Shown in pieces: positions 9,583-18,989 of a stretch of DNA of 64,000 nucleotides (its first letter is position 1; every line of letters begins with the position of its first letter). The stretch lies in assembly GCA_049997875.1 (NCBI GenBank), contig JBEKRC010000002.1, positions 2,755 through 66,754 of the forward strand. The letters are read 5' to 3'. The notes beneath the pieces are model-generated. The model saw only the letters and a list, made by a program, of their open reading frames with translations, did no database searches and had not been told where the DNA came from. The stretch comes from Minisyncoccia bacterium. Lineage in GTDB: Bacteria > Patescibacteriota > Minisyncoccia > UBA6257 > 2-01-FULL-56-20. Both the position numbers and the translations under genes were made by a program.

Positions 9583-10763
9583 TCCAGCGCGGGGTTGCCT
9601 CTTTCGGGCTTGATTACGGCCGTTGTCCGCCGTGGCTTTTTGAGCGGATGGTGAAACTGGGCCGCGAGATGGCGTACGTGCTCATTGCGGAGTACGGGCC
9701 GGACGAGTTCATCAAGCGAATTGCGGATCCGGTATGGTTCCAGTCGCTTGGCACGGTGCTCGCGTTTGATTGGAATGCGTCGGGGCTCACCACAATTCTT
9801 ACCGCGGCGCTCAAAGAGGCCATCCGTGGCCACGAAAGGGACTGGGGTGTGTTCATTTGCGGCGGGAAGGGGAAGACATCGCGGAAGACGCCGGAGGAAA
9901 TCGCGCAATGGGGCGAACGCCTCGCGCTTCCCGCAGCCGCGGCAAATAATCTTGTTTACAACTCAAAAATGAGCGCGAAGGTGGACAGCGCGCTCGTGCA
10001 GGATGGTTTCCAACTGTATCATCATTCGTTCTTTTTCTCTCGTCGCGGTGCGTGGGCGGTCGTGCAGCAGGGGATGAACAAAGAAAAACGTTCGGCGCGC
10101 CGCTATCATTGGTTCTCGGAAAATATAAACGATCTGGTCTCCGAGCCGCATTCGGGCATCTCATCGCCCGTCGTGCTGAACCGGGTCTTGGATCTTACGG
10201 CAAAACGCAGCGCCGCGGCGCGGCAAATCTCCACTGAGCTCGTGCAGGCCGGCTACGCGACACTCATGAAAGACATCAAGCTCCTGCGTAAGTATTCCTC
10301 GCCGCTTTCACAGATGGCAAAGTTTGAGAATAGAGCGGGGGAGCAGCTTACCTTAATGAACCTTGCAACGCGCGAGTTCAAATCCCATCCGGTGGTGCAC
10401 GAGAATTTTGCGCAGAGCAAATATCTGGAAAAGATTCTGGCAAAGGTGGTGGACCGGAAACCCGCAAATTATGAAAAACTGATTGCCATTCCCGGCGTGG
10501 GACCGAAGACGGTCCGGGCGCTCGCGCTCGTGGGCGAGGTGATCTACGGGGCAAAGCCATCCTACGAAGACCCCGCACGCTACAGTTTTGCGCACGGGGG
10601 CAAGGACGCGACGCCATATCCCGTGGACCGAAATACCTACGACCAGACGATTGCCATCTTAAGTTCGGCGGTGCAAAAGACGAAATTGTTGCCGGACGAG
10701 AAAAGAAGGGCAATTGGCCGGCTTTGGCAAAGCTCGCAAATGACGCCGCGATCCATGCTATAA
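9579..10763 (+). CDS. DUF763-family protein with helix-hairpin-helix motif
   Basis: GTG start overlaps the previous stop. GLDYGRCPPWLFERMVKLGREM...WFQSLGTVLAFDWNASGLTT resembles the conserved N-terminus of DUF763 proteins, which are mostly archaeal. IPGVGPKTVRALAL is an HhH motif. Confidence 0.55.
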   Translation: MIQRGVASFGLDYGRCPPWLFERMVKLGREMAYVLIAEYGPDEFIKRIADPVWFQSLGTVLAFDWNASGLTTILTAALKEAIRGHERDWGVFICGGKGKTSRKTPEEIAQWGERLALPAAAANNLVYNSKMSAKVDSALVQDGFQLYHHSFFFSRRGAWAVVQQGMNKEKRSARRYHWFSENINDLVSEPHSGISSPVVLNRVLDLTAKRSAAARQISTELVQAGYATLMKDIKLLRKYSSPLSQMAKFENRAGEQLTLMNLATREFKSHPVVHENFAQSKYLEKILAKVVDRKPANYEKLIAIPGVGPKTVRALALVGEVIYGAKPSYEDPARYSFAHGGKDATPYPVDRNTYDQTIAILSSAVQKTKLLPDEKRRAIGRLWQSSQMTPRSML

Positions 10764-10772
10764 TAAAAGCAT

Positions 10773-11054
10773 ATGGACACCTTGATCCACGCCGACATTT
10801 TCTTTTTTGTGACGACGATCGCGGTCGTAATTGTGGGAGCGGTACTCGCCGTGGCGCTTATTTGTCTTGTAAAAATCCTTTCGGACATCAAAAAGATTAC
10901 CAAACAAGTGCATGAAGAGACGACATTATTCCGCGAGGATCTGCACGATTTGCGCACACAGGTGCGGCACGACGGATTCAGGTTGCAGCATTTTATTGAC
11001 TTCGTAACGCGACTTGTGCACCGAAAGAAAACTTCAAGGTCGAAAAAGGGATAA
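10773..11054 (+). CDS. hypothetical small membrane protein
   Basis: One TM helix (FFFVTTIAVVIVGAVLAVALICLV) plus a charged tail. Confidence 0.35.
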   Translation: MDTLIHADIFFFVTTIAVVIVGAVLAVALICLVKILSDIKKITKQVHEETTLFREDLHDLRTQVRHDGFRLQHFIDFVTRLVHRKKTSRSKKG

Positions 11055-11061
11055 AAAAATT

Positions 11062-11442
11062 ATGAAAAAAAAGACGAAAAGAATCGCAACGGAAGCAGGT
11101 GCGGGCATATTGACCGCCGCGGCGCTTGCAGCCGCAGGCGCCTATTTGCTTTCCAGCAAGCGGCAACGGGCGAAGATGAAAGCATGGGCAGTGAAAGCGC
11201 GGCACGAAGTCGCGAAGAACGTCCGGACGGCGCGGCGGATGGGAGAGAGGGAATATAAACGCGTTGTAGACCGCGCGACCAAGCACTACGGTTCGCTCCA
11301 CGATGTGAATGCGAGGGAGGTGGTGAGAGTAGCGCAGGACATGAAGGCGGAATGGAGCCGGCTCCAGAAGAACGCAAAAGTGCTTATGAAGATTGCGCGA
11401 GGGAAGAGATCGTCGCGGAAGGCGCGTCGCAGGAAGAAATAA
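11062..11442 (+). CDS. hypothetical small basic protein
   Basis: ATG at 11062 in an A-rich context. MKKKTKRIATEAGAGILTAAALAAAGAYLL..., with a Lys/Arg-rich C-tail. Confidence 0.35.
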   Translation: MKKKTKRIATEAGAGILTAAALAAAGAYLLSSKRQRAKMKAWAVKARHEVAKNVRTARRMGEREYKRVVDRATKHYGSLHDVNAREVVRVAQDMKAEWSRLQKNAKVLMKIARGKRSSRKARRRKK

Positions 11443-11461
11443 GGAAATAAACGTATAAGCG

Positions 11462-11497
11462 ATGAACCGCTCCGGCTCACGTGGCGGAGCGGTTCAT
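11462..11497. terminator. Bidirectional stem-loop between convergent genes
   Basis: ATGAACCGCTCCG / CGGAGCGGTTCAT form a perfect 13-bp inverted repeat with a 10-nt loop. It lies between the stops at 11442 (+) and 11497 (-). Confidence 0.6.
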
Positions 11498-12735
11498 TAT
11501 TCGTATCGCAGCGCCTCTATAGGGCTCTTTTTTGATGCCTGGCGGGCGGGATAGATGCCGAAGACGAGCCCGATGCCGGAGGAGACGCCAAGCCCGAGCG
11601 CGACAGCCGTCCAGGGGAGAACAAATTGCCAGTTAAGTGCGTAGACTTTGCTCAAAATGAGCGCAACCCCAAAGGAAACCAGTCCACCGAGCACGATGCC
11701 GATCACGCCGCCGATGGCCGTAAGAATGACCGCTTCCAAAAGAAATTGTGAAAGGATGTTGTTGTCGGTGGCGCCCAATGCTTTCCGCAAGCCGATTTCG
11801 CGCGTGCGCTCGGTGACGGAGACGAGCATGATGTTCATGATGCCGATGCCGCCCACGACAAGGGAAACCGCGGCGACCGAAGCGAGAAAGAGCGTAAGGA
11901 CGTTCAGGATCGTGCTCACGGTCTGCATGGCGCTCTCCTGGGTTTGAATGTAGAAGTCGTCTTTGGAAGGATCAATGATGCCGTGATCGTTGCGGAGCGT
12001 CGCCGTGATATCGTCCGCGGTCGCGTTCACCGTGCTATTACTGTCCGCTTCCACGGTGATGCGGTTGAAATAGTTAATGCCGAAGATGTACGTCTGCGCC
12101 GTCGTGTACGGTACAAAAACGGCTTCATCAAAATTAAGGAACGAAAGCTGCCCGGTGCTTTTGAGGACGCCGACCACGCGGAAGGTGGTATTGTTGATGC
12201 GCACTTTTTGGCCGACCGCCGAGCTGCCGTCAAACAGTTTCTGCTCCACCGTTTTCCCGATCACGGCGACGTTTGATAAACTGGCCACGTCATCCGCGGT
12301 GAACATCTCTCCTTCGTCGGCCGTGATGTTGTAAATGTCGCCAAAAAGCTCCGTCGTGCCCAAGAGGGTTGCCTGGTACGTGTTCGTCTGCCACGAAACC
12401 GCTTCGCTGCCGAAGACGATGGGCATCACGGTCGCCGCGTGGGGAACGTTGGCTTTGTTTTCAAGAGCCGCGAGGTCGCTCTTCTTCAGCGAATCGGTGA
12501 ACATGGAGAGAAAATCAGTCGGGCTCGTGGGCTGCCGGCCCGGGACGATCGCGATCACGCGCGAGCCGATGCTCTGGATCTGCCCGAGGATCAGCCCCTG
12601 CGCGCCCTGCCCAAGGGACATCACGATGATGATGGCCGTGATGCCGATCACGATGCCCAAAATGGTGAGGAACGAACGCGAGCGGTTCGTGGCAAGGCCG
12701 GTCGTGGCTGTTTTAGCGAGCTGGCTGATTTTCAT
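11497..12735 (-). CDS. ABC transporter permease, MacB/FtsX family
   Basis: N-terminal TM helix, large periplasmic domain, and a C-terminal FtsX-like 3-TM bundle (LVSVTERTREIGLRKALGA...). Confidence 0.85.
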   Translation of the reverse strand: MKISQLAKTATTGLATNRSRSFLTILGIVIGITAIIIVMSLGQGAQGLILGQIQSIGSRVIAIVPGRQPTSPTDFLSMFTDSLKKSDLAALENKANVPHAATVMPIVFGSEAVSWQTNTYQATLLGTTELFGDIYNITADEGEMFTADDVASLSNVAVIGKTVEQKLFDGSSAVGQKVRINNTTFRVVGVLKSTGQLSFLNFDEAVFVPYTTAQTYIFGINYFNRITVEADSNSTVNATADDITATLRNDHGIIDPSKDDFYIQTQESAMQTVSTILNVLTLFLASVAAVSLVVGGIGIMNIMLVSVTERTREIGLRKALGATDNNILSQFLLEAVILTAIGGVIGIVLGGLVSFGVALILSKVYALNWQFVLPWTAVALGLGVSSGIGLVFGIYPARQASKKSPIEALRYE

Positions 12736-12741
12736 GGCGGT

Positions 12742-13461
12742 TTATTTTTCAAATATATCGGTCGCGTGGCGGCGCTTTGCGACTTTTTCGTTGGAATCAA
12801 TGCGTCCGTCCAGAATGGTGAGGATCCGCTCCGCATGTTCCGCGGTGTGCGTTTCATGCGTGATCAAAATGATCGTGTGTCCCTGCTCTTCGTTCAGCCG
12901 CTGGATCGTTCGCATCACCGCTTGCCCTGATTTGGAATCAAGGTTGCCGGTCGGCTCGTCCGCAAAAATAACCTGAGGAGAGAGGATGAGCGCGCGGGCG
13001 ATCGCCACCCGCTGCCGTTCGCCGCCGGAGAGCTGATAGGATTGGTGGTGCATCCGATGCGTAAGCCCTACGGTCTCAATGGCTTTCATCGCCATATCGT
13101 TCCACTGCGCCTCCGGGATGTCCGAATAGAGCAGGGGAAGCTTGACGTTCTCTAAAACGGTTGAGCGCGCAAGCAGATTGAACGCCTGGAAGATGAACCC
13201 CATTTTGTGGTTGCGGATGTGCGCAAGTTCATCTTCGGAATATTCCGACATTTCTTTTCCGTCAAAGACATACGTGCCGCTCGTGTAGCGGTCAAGAAAA
13301 CCGAGAATGTGGAGCAGCGTGGATTTGCCGGAGCCGGACGGCCCCATGATCGCCACGAATTCGCCCGCGTTCACGGAGAGTGAAACGTCCTCCACGGCAA
13401 CGGTTTCTGCGCCTTCGCTGCCATAGACCTTGCGGAGCGATTTCGCCTCAATAAGTGCCAT
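12742..13461 (-). CDS. ABC transporter ATP-binding protein (MacB/LolD-type)
   Basis: Walker A (GPSGSGKST), ABC signature (LSGGERQRVAIARAL), Walker B (IFADEPTGNLD). Confidence 0.9.
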   Translation of the reverse strand: MALIEAKSLRKVYGSEGAETVAVEDVSLSVNAGEFVAIMGPSGSGKSTLLHILGFLDRYTSGTYVFDGKEMSEYSEDELAHIRNHKMGFIFQAFNLLARSTVLENVKLPLLYSDIPEAQWNDMAMKAIETVGLTHRMHHQSYQLSGGERQRVAIARALILSPQVIFADEPTGNLDSKSGQAVMRTIQRLNEEQGHTIILITHETHTAEHAERILTILDGRIDSNEKVAKRRHATDIFEK

Positions 13462-13475
13462 AGGACGGCATTGTG

Positions 13476-15044
13476 CTATGAGGACGAGGAGCGAGCGACG
13501 ACCTCTCCTTCTTCCAATCCCGACATGATTTCTATGTTGCCGTTCTGGTCGCGGATGCCCGTCGTCACGCTGCGCGTCTCAAGCGGCGTTTTCGCGCCAT
13601 GATAGGCCTGCACGGCGTAGGTGCCGTCCGCGTTCGTCGTCACGTAGCGCTGGGGGATATAGATGACGTTCTCGTGCGTCGCGGTCGTGATGTCCAGATT
13701 TGCCGTCATGCCCGGTTTTACATCGGAGCCGAGGTTATCAAATTGGAACGTCGTTTTATAGGTCGGAACGCCTTCAACGAGCGTTTCGCCCGGATCAATA
13801 TAGGTAACTTTGCCGGAGAAAGTTTTTCCTTGGAAGGCGTCCAAGGTCATGGACACAACGTCGCCCACGCTTACTTTGCCGATATCGGCTTCCGCGATCT
13901 GCGCGTTAACTTCCAGCCCTTGGTCGGAAATGAGAGAAACAAGAACGGCGCCGGGCGTCGCAATCTCGCCAACCTTCGCGTTTTGCACCGTGATCACGCC
14001 GGAAACGGGCGCGACGAGCGACGCCTTCCCGATGCTTACTTGGATGCTTTGCGCGCTCGCCTGCGCCTGTTCCACTTGCGCCTTTTGCGCGTCAATGTCG
14101 TTTTGCGTGGACCCGGCGAGCGTGAGGGCAAGCTGCGCCTGGAGCTGCTGCACGCTGATCTTTTCCGAGGCGATGCCCTGTATCGCCGTATTTATTTCCG
14201 TCGCGCCGGCGTTCGTTTCGTTCAATCCCGCGGTCACGTCCGTTTTATAGGTTGCCGTGGTTGAGACGGGAATGTTCGTGACGTTCGTAAGCCCCGCCGA
14301 GACCTCATTGAGGAAATTTTGGATGATCGTCAGATGACTCGCGGCGTCCGCAAGCGCCGTATCAAGCGTTGTGGAAGGGGAAGAATCGCTTATGCCCGCA
14401 AGCTCAGTAGCCCATACATTGAGTTCGGTGCTCGCCTGCAGGCGGCCAAAGTTTATGTCGTTTAAAAGCTGCGAATCGGTGATGGGAAAGACCCACTGCG
14501 GATTGTTGCCTTCCGGATTGGAGAAAAAAGAAGCCAGCTGATTCCGTACCGCGTCGTTGGACTTCGCGTAAGCGTCCGCAAGCAACGTGTTCACGCCCGC
14601 ATAGGTGTTCGCGAGGGTTTGTTCCGCTTCGGCAAGCTGCGTTTGCGAGATCGTTATGTCTTCCGGGCGGGAGCCGGCTTCAAGCGATTGCAATTTCGCG
14701 GCCTGGGTATCCACATTGGCCTGCGCTTGGGCAAGCTGTGATTGGAGGTCGCTCGTGTCCAATCGCACGATGACCCCGCCCGCATTCACATGGGAACCAA
14801 CGTCGGCGCTGACCGAGGCGATTATGCCGCCATTTTCAAAGGCAAGATCAACATCGTGCACCGGCGCGGTGTTCCCCGTGACGCTCACGATCTGCGTGAC
14901 CGTGCCGCGCGCGGCCGTCGCGAATTGATAGGGGGATGCCGTTGGCGCGAACCAAAAATGATACACGCCCCACGCAACAAGAAGGATGGCGGCGGCCAGA
15001 AGGATTTTTTTCGTTACGCTCAAACGAGCAAAGAATGCTTTCAT
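13476..15044 (-). CDS. HlyD/MacA-family periplasmic adaptor (membrane fusion protein)
   Basis: N-terminal TM helix, a split lipoyl-like domain, and a long Ala/Gln-rich alpha-hairpin. It is adjacent to the MacB-like ATPase and permease. Confidence 0.8.
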   Translation of the reverse strand: MKAFFARLSVTKKILLAAAILLVAWGVYHFWFAPTASPYQFATAARGTVTQIVSVTGNTAPVHDVDLAFENGGIIASVSADVGSHVNAGGVIVRLDTSDLQSQLAQAQANVDTQAAKLQSLEAGSRPEDITISQTQLAEAEQTLANTYAGVNTLLADAYAKSNDAVRNQLASFFSNPEGNNPQWVFPITDSQLLNDINFGRLQASTELNVWATELAGISDSSPSTTLDTALADAASHLTIIQNFLNEVSAGLTNVTNIPVSTTATYKTDVTAGLNETNAGATEINTAIQGIASEKISVQQLQAQLALTLAGSTQNDIDAQKAQVEQAQASAQSIQVSIGKASLVAPVSGVITVQNAKVGEIATPGAVLVSLISDQGLEVNAQIAEADIGKVSVGDVVSMTLDAFQGKTFSGKVTYIDPGETLVEGVPTYKTTFQFDNLGSDVKPGMTANLDITTATHENVIYIPQRYVTTNADGTYAVQAYHGAKTPLETRSVTTGIRDQNGNIEIMSGLEEGEVVARSSSS

Positions 15045-15093
15045 GGTCTTATTATACTATATAAGTATGGCGTTGTCTTATACACAGTCCGAT

Positions 15094-15124
15094 TTGACAT
15101 CGTATAGTTAAGTATGTTAATAAT
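15094..15124 (+). promoter_or_regulatory. Candidate promoter upstream of the ABC-2 ATPase gene
   Basis: TTGACA at 15094-15099, with TAATAAT about 18 nt downstream. The region is AT-rich and divergent. Confidence 0.3.
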
Positions 15125-15144
15125 TATGTATATAAACAACTTAC

Positions 15145-15948
15145 ATGGAAAACATAATAGAGGTACATAATTTAGTCAAGCGGTTCGGCGAGTTTACGGC
15201 AGTGGACGACATTTCGTTTAATGTAGAGAAGGGGCAGATTTTCGCCTTTCTGGGGCCGAATGGGGCAGGGAAGTCCACCACCATTAAGATGCTCACCACG
15301 CTTCTGCATCCCACGAGCGGTTCAATCACGCTTGCCGGCCACAGCCCAACGAAGGATCCCGAAGAAGTGCGGCACTCGTTCGGGATCGTGTTCCAGGACC
15401 CAAGCCTGGACGACGAACTTACGGCAAAGGAAAACATGGAATTCCATGGGGTCCTGTATAATGTCCCTGCGAAATTGCGCAAAGAGCGCGTTCTGCAACT
15501 CATGAAGTTCGTAGAATTGTGGGACCGGCGCGACAGCCTGGTTAAGGAATTTTCCGGCGGCATGAAGCGGCGGCTGGAAATCGCGCGCGGCCTTTTGCAC
15601 CATCCGAAAGTGATATTTTTGGACGAGCCGACGCTCGGCCTTGATCCGCAGACGCGCAACCATATGTGGACCTATCTGCAGGAGTTGAACAAAACGGAAG
15701 GCATCACGGTATTCTTCACGACGCACTACATGGAGGAGGCGGCGCGCATAGCCCAGCGGATCGCGATCATTGATCACGGCAAGATCGTCGCCGCGGGAGA
15801 CGCGCAGGAGCTCATGAAGCAGACGGGAACCGGTTCGCTCGAGGATGCATTCCTCAAGTTGACGGGCAACGTGATCCGCGAAGAAGAATCAAGCGCGGTT
15901 GACCGGTTGCGTTCGCGCGCCCGCAGATGGGGCGGCGGACGGCGCTAG
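15145..15948 (+). CDS. ABC-2 type exporter ATP-binding protein (DrrA-like)
   Basis: GPNGAGKSTT, FSGGMKRRLEIARGL, IFLDEPTLGLD. Confidence 0.85.
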   Translation: MENIIEVHNLVKRFGEFTAVDDISFNVEKGQIFAFLGPNGAGKSTTIKMLTTLLHPTSGSITLAGHSPTKDPEEVRHSFGIVFQDPSLDDELTAKENMEFHGVLYNVPAKLRKERVLQLMKFVELWDRRDSLVKEFSGGMKRRLEIARGLLHHPKVIFLDEPTLGLDPQTRNHMWTYLQELNKTEGITVFFTTHYMEEAARIAQRIAIIDHGKIVAAGDAQELMKQTGTGSLEDAFLKLTGNVIREEESSAVDRLRSRARRWGGGRR

Positions 15949-15976
15949 CAAATTTTGCAAGAAAACAAAAAAAATC

Positions 15977-16723
15977 ATGAAAACCATCTATATAATGTGG
16001 CTCCGCGAGCTGAAGCGGTACTTCCGTTCAAGGTCCCGGATGATCGGCTCGCTTGGCCAGCCGATTCTTTTTCTGCTCGCGCTCGGGTACGGCCTGGGTT
16101 CCGTTTTCCAAGCGGCGGGGCAGGGGAATTATTTCCAGTTTTTGGTACCGGGCATCGTCGGCATGAGCATTATTTTCACTGCGATCTTTTCCGGCATCCA
16201 GCTCATTTGGGACCGGCAGTTCGGATTTTTGAAGGAGACGCTTGTCGCACCGGTATCGCGGCTCAATATTATGATCGGGCGCACGCTCGGCGGTGCGACC
16301 GTCGCGACGTTCCAGGGGATCATCGTTTTCTTGATTTCCACAGTGTTCGGTTTCCGTCCCGATAATTGGTGGCTTCTGCCCGTCGCCATCGTTTTTATGC
16401 TTCTCGTCGCGCTCCTCTTTACCGCGCTCGGCACCGGCATCGCGTCGCTCCTTGAAGACATGCAGGGTTTCCAGCTCATCATGAACTTCCTCGTCATGCC
16501 GTTATTCTTCCTGTCCGGCGCGCTTTTTCCGCTCTCCGGCCTGCCCGCCGTCCTTTCCGGCCTTACGATCATAGACCCGCTTTCGTATGGCATTGATTCC
16601 TTCCGTGCGCTTCTTGTGAACACCACGCATTTCGGCCTCGGCGTTGACTTCGTCGTGCTTGCGGTTGTCACGACAGTGTTTCTGGTGGCAGGGAGCTATC
16701 TGTTCTCAAAGATTGAAGTATAA
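15977..16723 (+). CDS. ABC-2 type exporter permease
   Basis: ATG at 15977. Six predicted TM helices (MKTIYIMWLRELKRYFRS...), the typical ABC-2 partner of the upstream ATPase. The longer ORF from 15899 overlaps the ATPase gene. Confidence 0.8.
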   Translation: MKTIYIMWLRELKRYFRSRSRMIGSLGQPILFLLALGYGLGSVFQAAGQGNYFQFLVPGIVGMSIIFTAIFSGIQLIWDRQFGFLKETLVAPVSRLNIMIGRTLGGATVATFQGIIVFLISTVFGFRPDNWWLLPVAIVFMLLVALLFTALGTGIASLLEDMQGFQLIMNFLVMPLFFLSGALFPLSGLPAVLSGLTIIDPLSYGIDSFRALLVNTTHFGLGVDFVVLAVVTTVFLVAGSYLFSKIEV

Positions 16724-16742
16724 AGGGTATAATAGAGAGGTC

Positions 16743-17459
16743 ATGAAAGTGGAGTGGAACAAAGTGACGTGGTATTCCAAGATCATCGCGATTGTTCTTT
16801 TCGTGGCGCTTCCCTTCATTGGATTTTATTACGGTATCCGGTACGGGATGATCCTCCAGGGAACGCGCGATAGCGCGGCGCTCACAAGACAGAATGCCAC
16901 TACGAGCGTGACGAGCTACTACGAAAACGTCTCCGCGTGGCAGGTTGGCGATAGGAGTGACGCGGGATTTTCCATCGCGTATCCGATTGACTTTGATACG
17001 AACGATAGTTATGCAACGACGCCGTCCATTGACTGGCGATTTGGCGTGGACGAGTCGCAGCCGGGCGTTCTTGCGTTCACGCTTATGATCCCGCGGGCTT
17101 TTGAACCGCAGACGAACTTTGCCGATGCGAAACTCACTGTGGGATACAGCGCGAACGGCGTTGCGGTTGCGCAGTGCCTTATGCCGGGTCCGGCATCCGG
17201 CCCTTCAAGTGCAACCTCGAGCGCTATGATAAACGGCGTCGCCTTCACCGTGTTCCATGCCACTGATGCGGGCGCAGGCAATTATTATGAGACCACGAGC
17301 TACCGGACGGTCCAGGCAGGGAAGTGCTGGGCGGTGGAATATACCATTCATTCGTCACAGATCGCGAACTATCCGCCGCAGTACGGCCTCCAGCCGTTTG
17401 ACAAGGCCAAGCTCACCGATCTTTTGGACCGCATTGTGGGCACGTTCCGTTTCCAATAA
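16743..17459 (+). CDS. hypothetical membrane-anchored exported protein
   Basis: ATG at 16743. One N-terminal TM helix and a beta-rich soluble region. No family recognised. Confidence 0.4.
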   Translation: MKVEWNKVTWYSKIIAIVLFVALPFIGFYYGIRYGMILQGTRDSAALTRQNATTSVTSYYENVSAWQVGDRSDAGFSIAYPIDFDTNDSYATTPSIDWRFGVDESQPGVLAFTLMIPRAFEPQTNFADAKLTVGYSANGVAVAQCLMPGPASGPSSATSSAMINGVAFTVFHATDAGAGNYYETTSYRTVQAGKCWAVEYTIHSSQIANYPPQYGLQPFDKAKLTDLLDRIVGTFRFQ

Positions 17460-17465
17460 AACATT

Positions 17466-18149
17466 ATGAGAAAAGCAAGCGCCGTTGTTCTTGTTGCCAT
17501 TATGCTCCTCGTCGTCCTTGTGGGCATCGGGCGGTTTTTCACCTATTCGGGTCCCGCTGCGCCGAACGGGCCGGAGCCAGGCAATAATACGCAGAACGGC
17601 CTGCCCCAAACGCAAGTGGTCACCTATATGCCTGCGACGCCCGCGAGTTCAACGCCGATGCAAGAAGGTTCCTGCTGGACGAGTTCCATCGCGGCGCCTT
17701 TCCGGAGGGATGCGTGGCGGTGCGCGGTGGGGAATTCCATAAGCGATCCCTGTTTCCAAATCCCCGGAAGCACAAACCTTCTCTGCGGCGCGAACCCGGC
17801 AATCCCCGATGCCACTTCTTCGTTCGTTTTGAAGCTCACGAAATCACTCCCTGCGCCGGACACTATGCAAGGTTCCGCCCCCGCGGACTGGGCGTGGCTT
17901 ATAAAACTTGCGGACGGGACGGTGTGCTCTCCCTTCACCGGTACGCTCCCCATCGCGCAGGGCGGCGTTTCTGCAAGCTACGGTTGCGCTCCGAAGATCC
18001 CCGGCGGCGAAGGGCTTCTGATTTTCAACGATTTGAATACCAGCACAAGCGAGTGGACGGCGGAGGTGGGAACGCTCGCCGCCGTTACCTCCGGCTTGCC
18101 GGCCGTGGTGGGAGAGACGACGGTGCCGGTGGACACGGTATGGCAGTAA
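17466..18149 (+). CDS. hypothetical secreted Cys-containing protein
   Basis: N-terminal signal/TM helix with several spaced cysteines. No family recognised. Confidence 0.4.
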   Translation: MRKASAVVLVAIMLLVVLVGIGRFFTYSGPAAPNGPEPGNNTQNGLPQTQVVTYMPATPASSTPMQEGSCWTSSIAAPFRRDAWRCAVGNSISDPCFQIPGSTNLLCGANPAIPDATSSFVLKLTKSLPAPDTMQGSAPADWAWLIKLADGTVCSPFTGTLPIAQGGVSASYGCAPKIPGGEGLLIFNDLNTSTSEWTAEVGTLAAVTSGLPAVVGETTVPVDTVWQ

Positions 18150-18162
18150 CGCTGATTCCTTG

Positions 18163-18456
18163 TTAAAGCATATTCAACGCTCTCCATATGTCATTTTCGC
18201 CAATACCGTAATCCAGCAGCTGCTTGAAAATTCTCTGATTGTGTTGTTTCCCCAAGCTCTTTTGAATAGTCGTTACGAAACCCCTCGTATCAGAGGGGTC
18301 TGGAAATTTTGGGTCGCGAATAACGCCGTGCGAGCCCCTTCCCCACGAGTTGCTAAAATCCAGTCCTAATTTTCGCGCGGCTTTTTCCCAGTCATTCTGT
18401 CGTATCTTTCCTATACCCTGCCATAAATCCTTACGTTCAATTCTTTCTTCAGCCAT
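18163..18456 (-). CDS. HicA-like toxin
   Basis: ...NSWGRGSHGVIRDPKFP......TIQKSLGKQ..IFKQL fits the HicA pattern (GSH, then a Lys-rich C-terminus). Confidence 0.5.
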   Translation of the reverse strand: MAEERIERKDLWQGIGKIRQNDWEKAARKLGLDFSNSWGRGSHGVIRDPKFPDPSDTRGFVTTIQKSLGKQHNQRIFKQLLDYGIGENDIWRALNML

Positions 18457-18474
18457 AACACCGTAATTTCAATG

Positions 18475-18819
18475 CTATGCGAATACCCTTTCTTCTTCCA
18501 CGGCAACTGGCTCTCCGATGTTTTTTAACAAGCTGTCTTTTGAAAGATACGGAGGAATACCAAACGCAGCAAAGACGGCATCTTTTATCTGCGAGTTAAT
18601 TTCTTCATCTGTTGTTTTCGGGTCGGTTCCGCCAGTAATAATACCCTTAATGTTTTCACACTCCGCTATCCACCCCTCGTTATTTTTTTGAACTTTGAAT
18701 CGCAAACTGCCGCCCATTTTCTGTATCTCGTTTCGCATACCTTGCACACGATAATTCCGCTCCGCTTCAATAGGGAAGTTAAAAAGTTTCGCTAAATTGT
18801 ATTGAGCTTTACGAAGCAT
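18475..18819 (-). CDS. HicB-like antitoxin (UPF0150 fold)
   Basis: FKVQKNNEGWIAECENIKGIITGGTDPKTTDEEINSQIKDAV matches the HicB N-domain pattern. It is upstream of the HicA-like gene on the same strand. Confidence 0.45.
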   Translation of the reverse strand: MLRKAQYNLAKLFNFPIEAERNYRVQGMRNEIQKMGGSLRFKVQKNNEGWIAECENIKGIITGGTDPKTTDEEINSQIKDAVFAAFGIPPYLSKDSLLKNIGEPVAVEEERVFA

Positions 18820-18989
18820 TGTACTTCCAAGTAATTATAGCAGTTTGCTTGCGTGCTTGCTGTGGAAAACTATACCGCCGTAGTCCCACCTCTATTTGGG
18901 TCATCTGGGGCTACATTGTACATTTTATAAATTTATACGTCAACAAACTTTACCCTTACCCTATCCCGCCAACCGTATTTTCTTTTCCG

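Noticed and set aside
13599-14264. 221-aa plus-strand ORF inside the HlyD adaptor gene
   Set aside because: Shadow ORF with Arg-rich, low-complexity translation.
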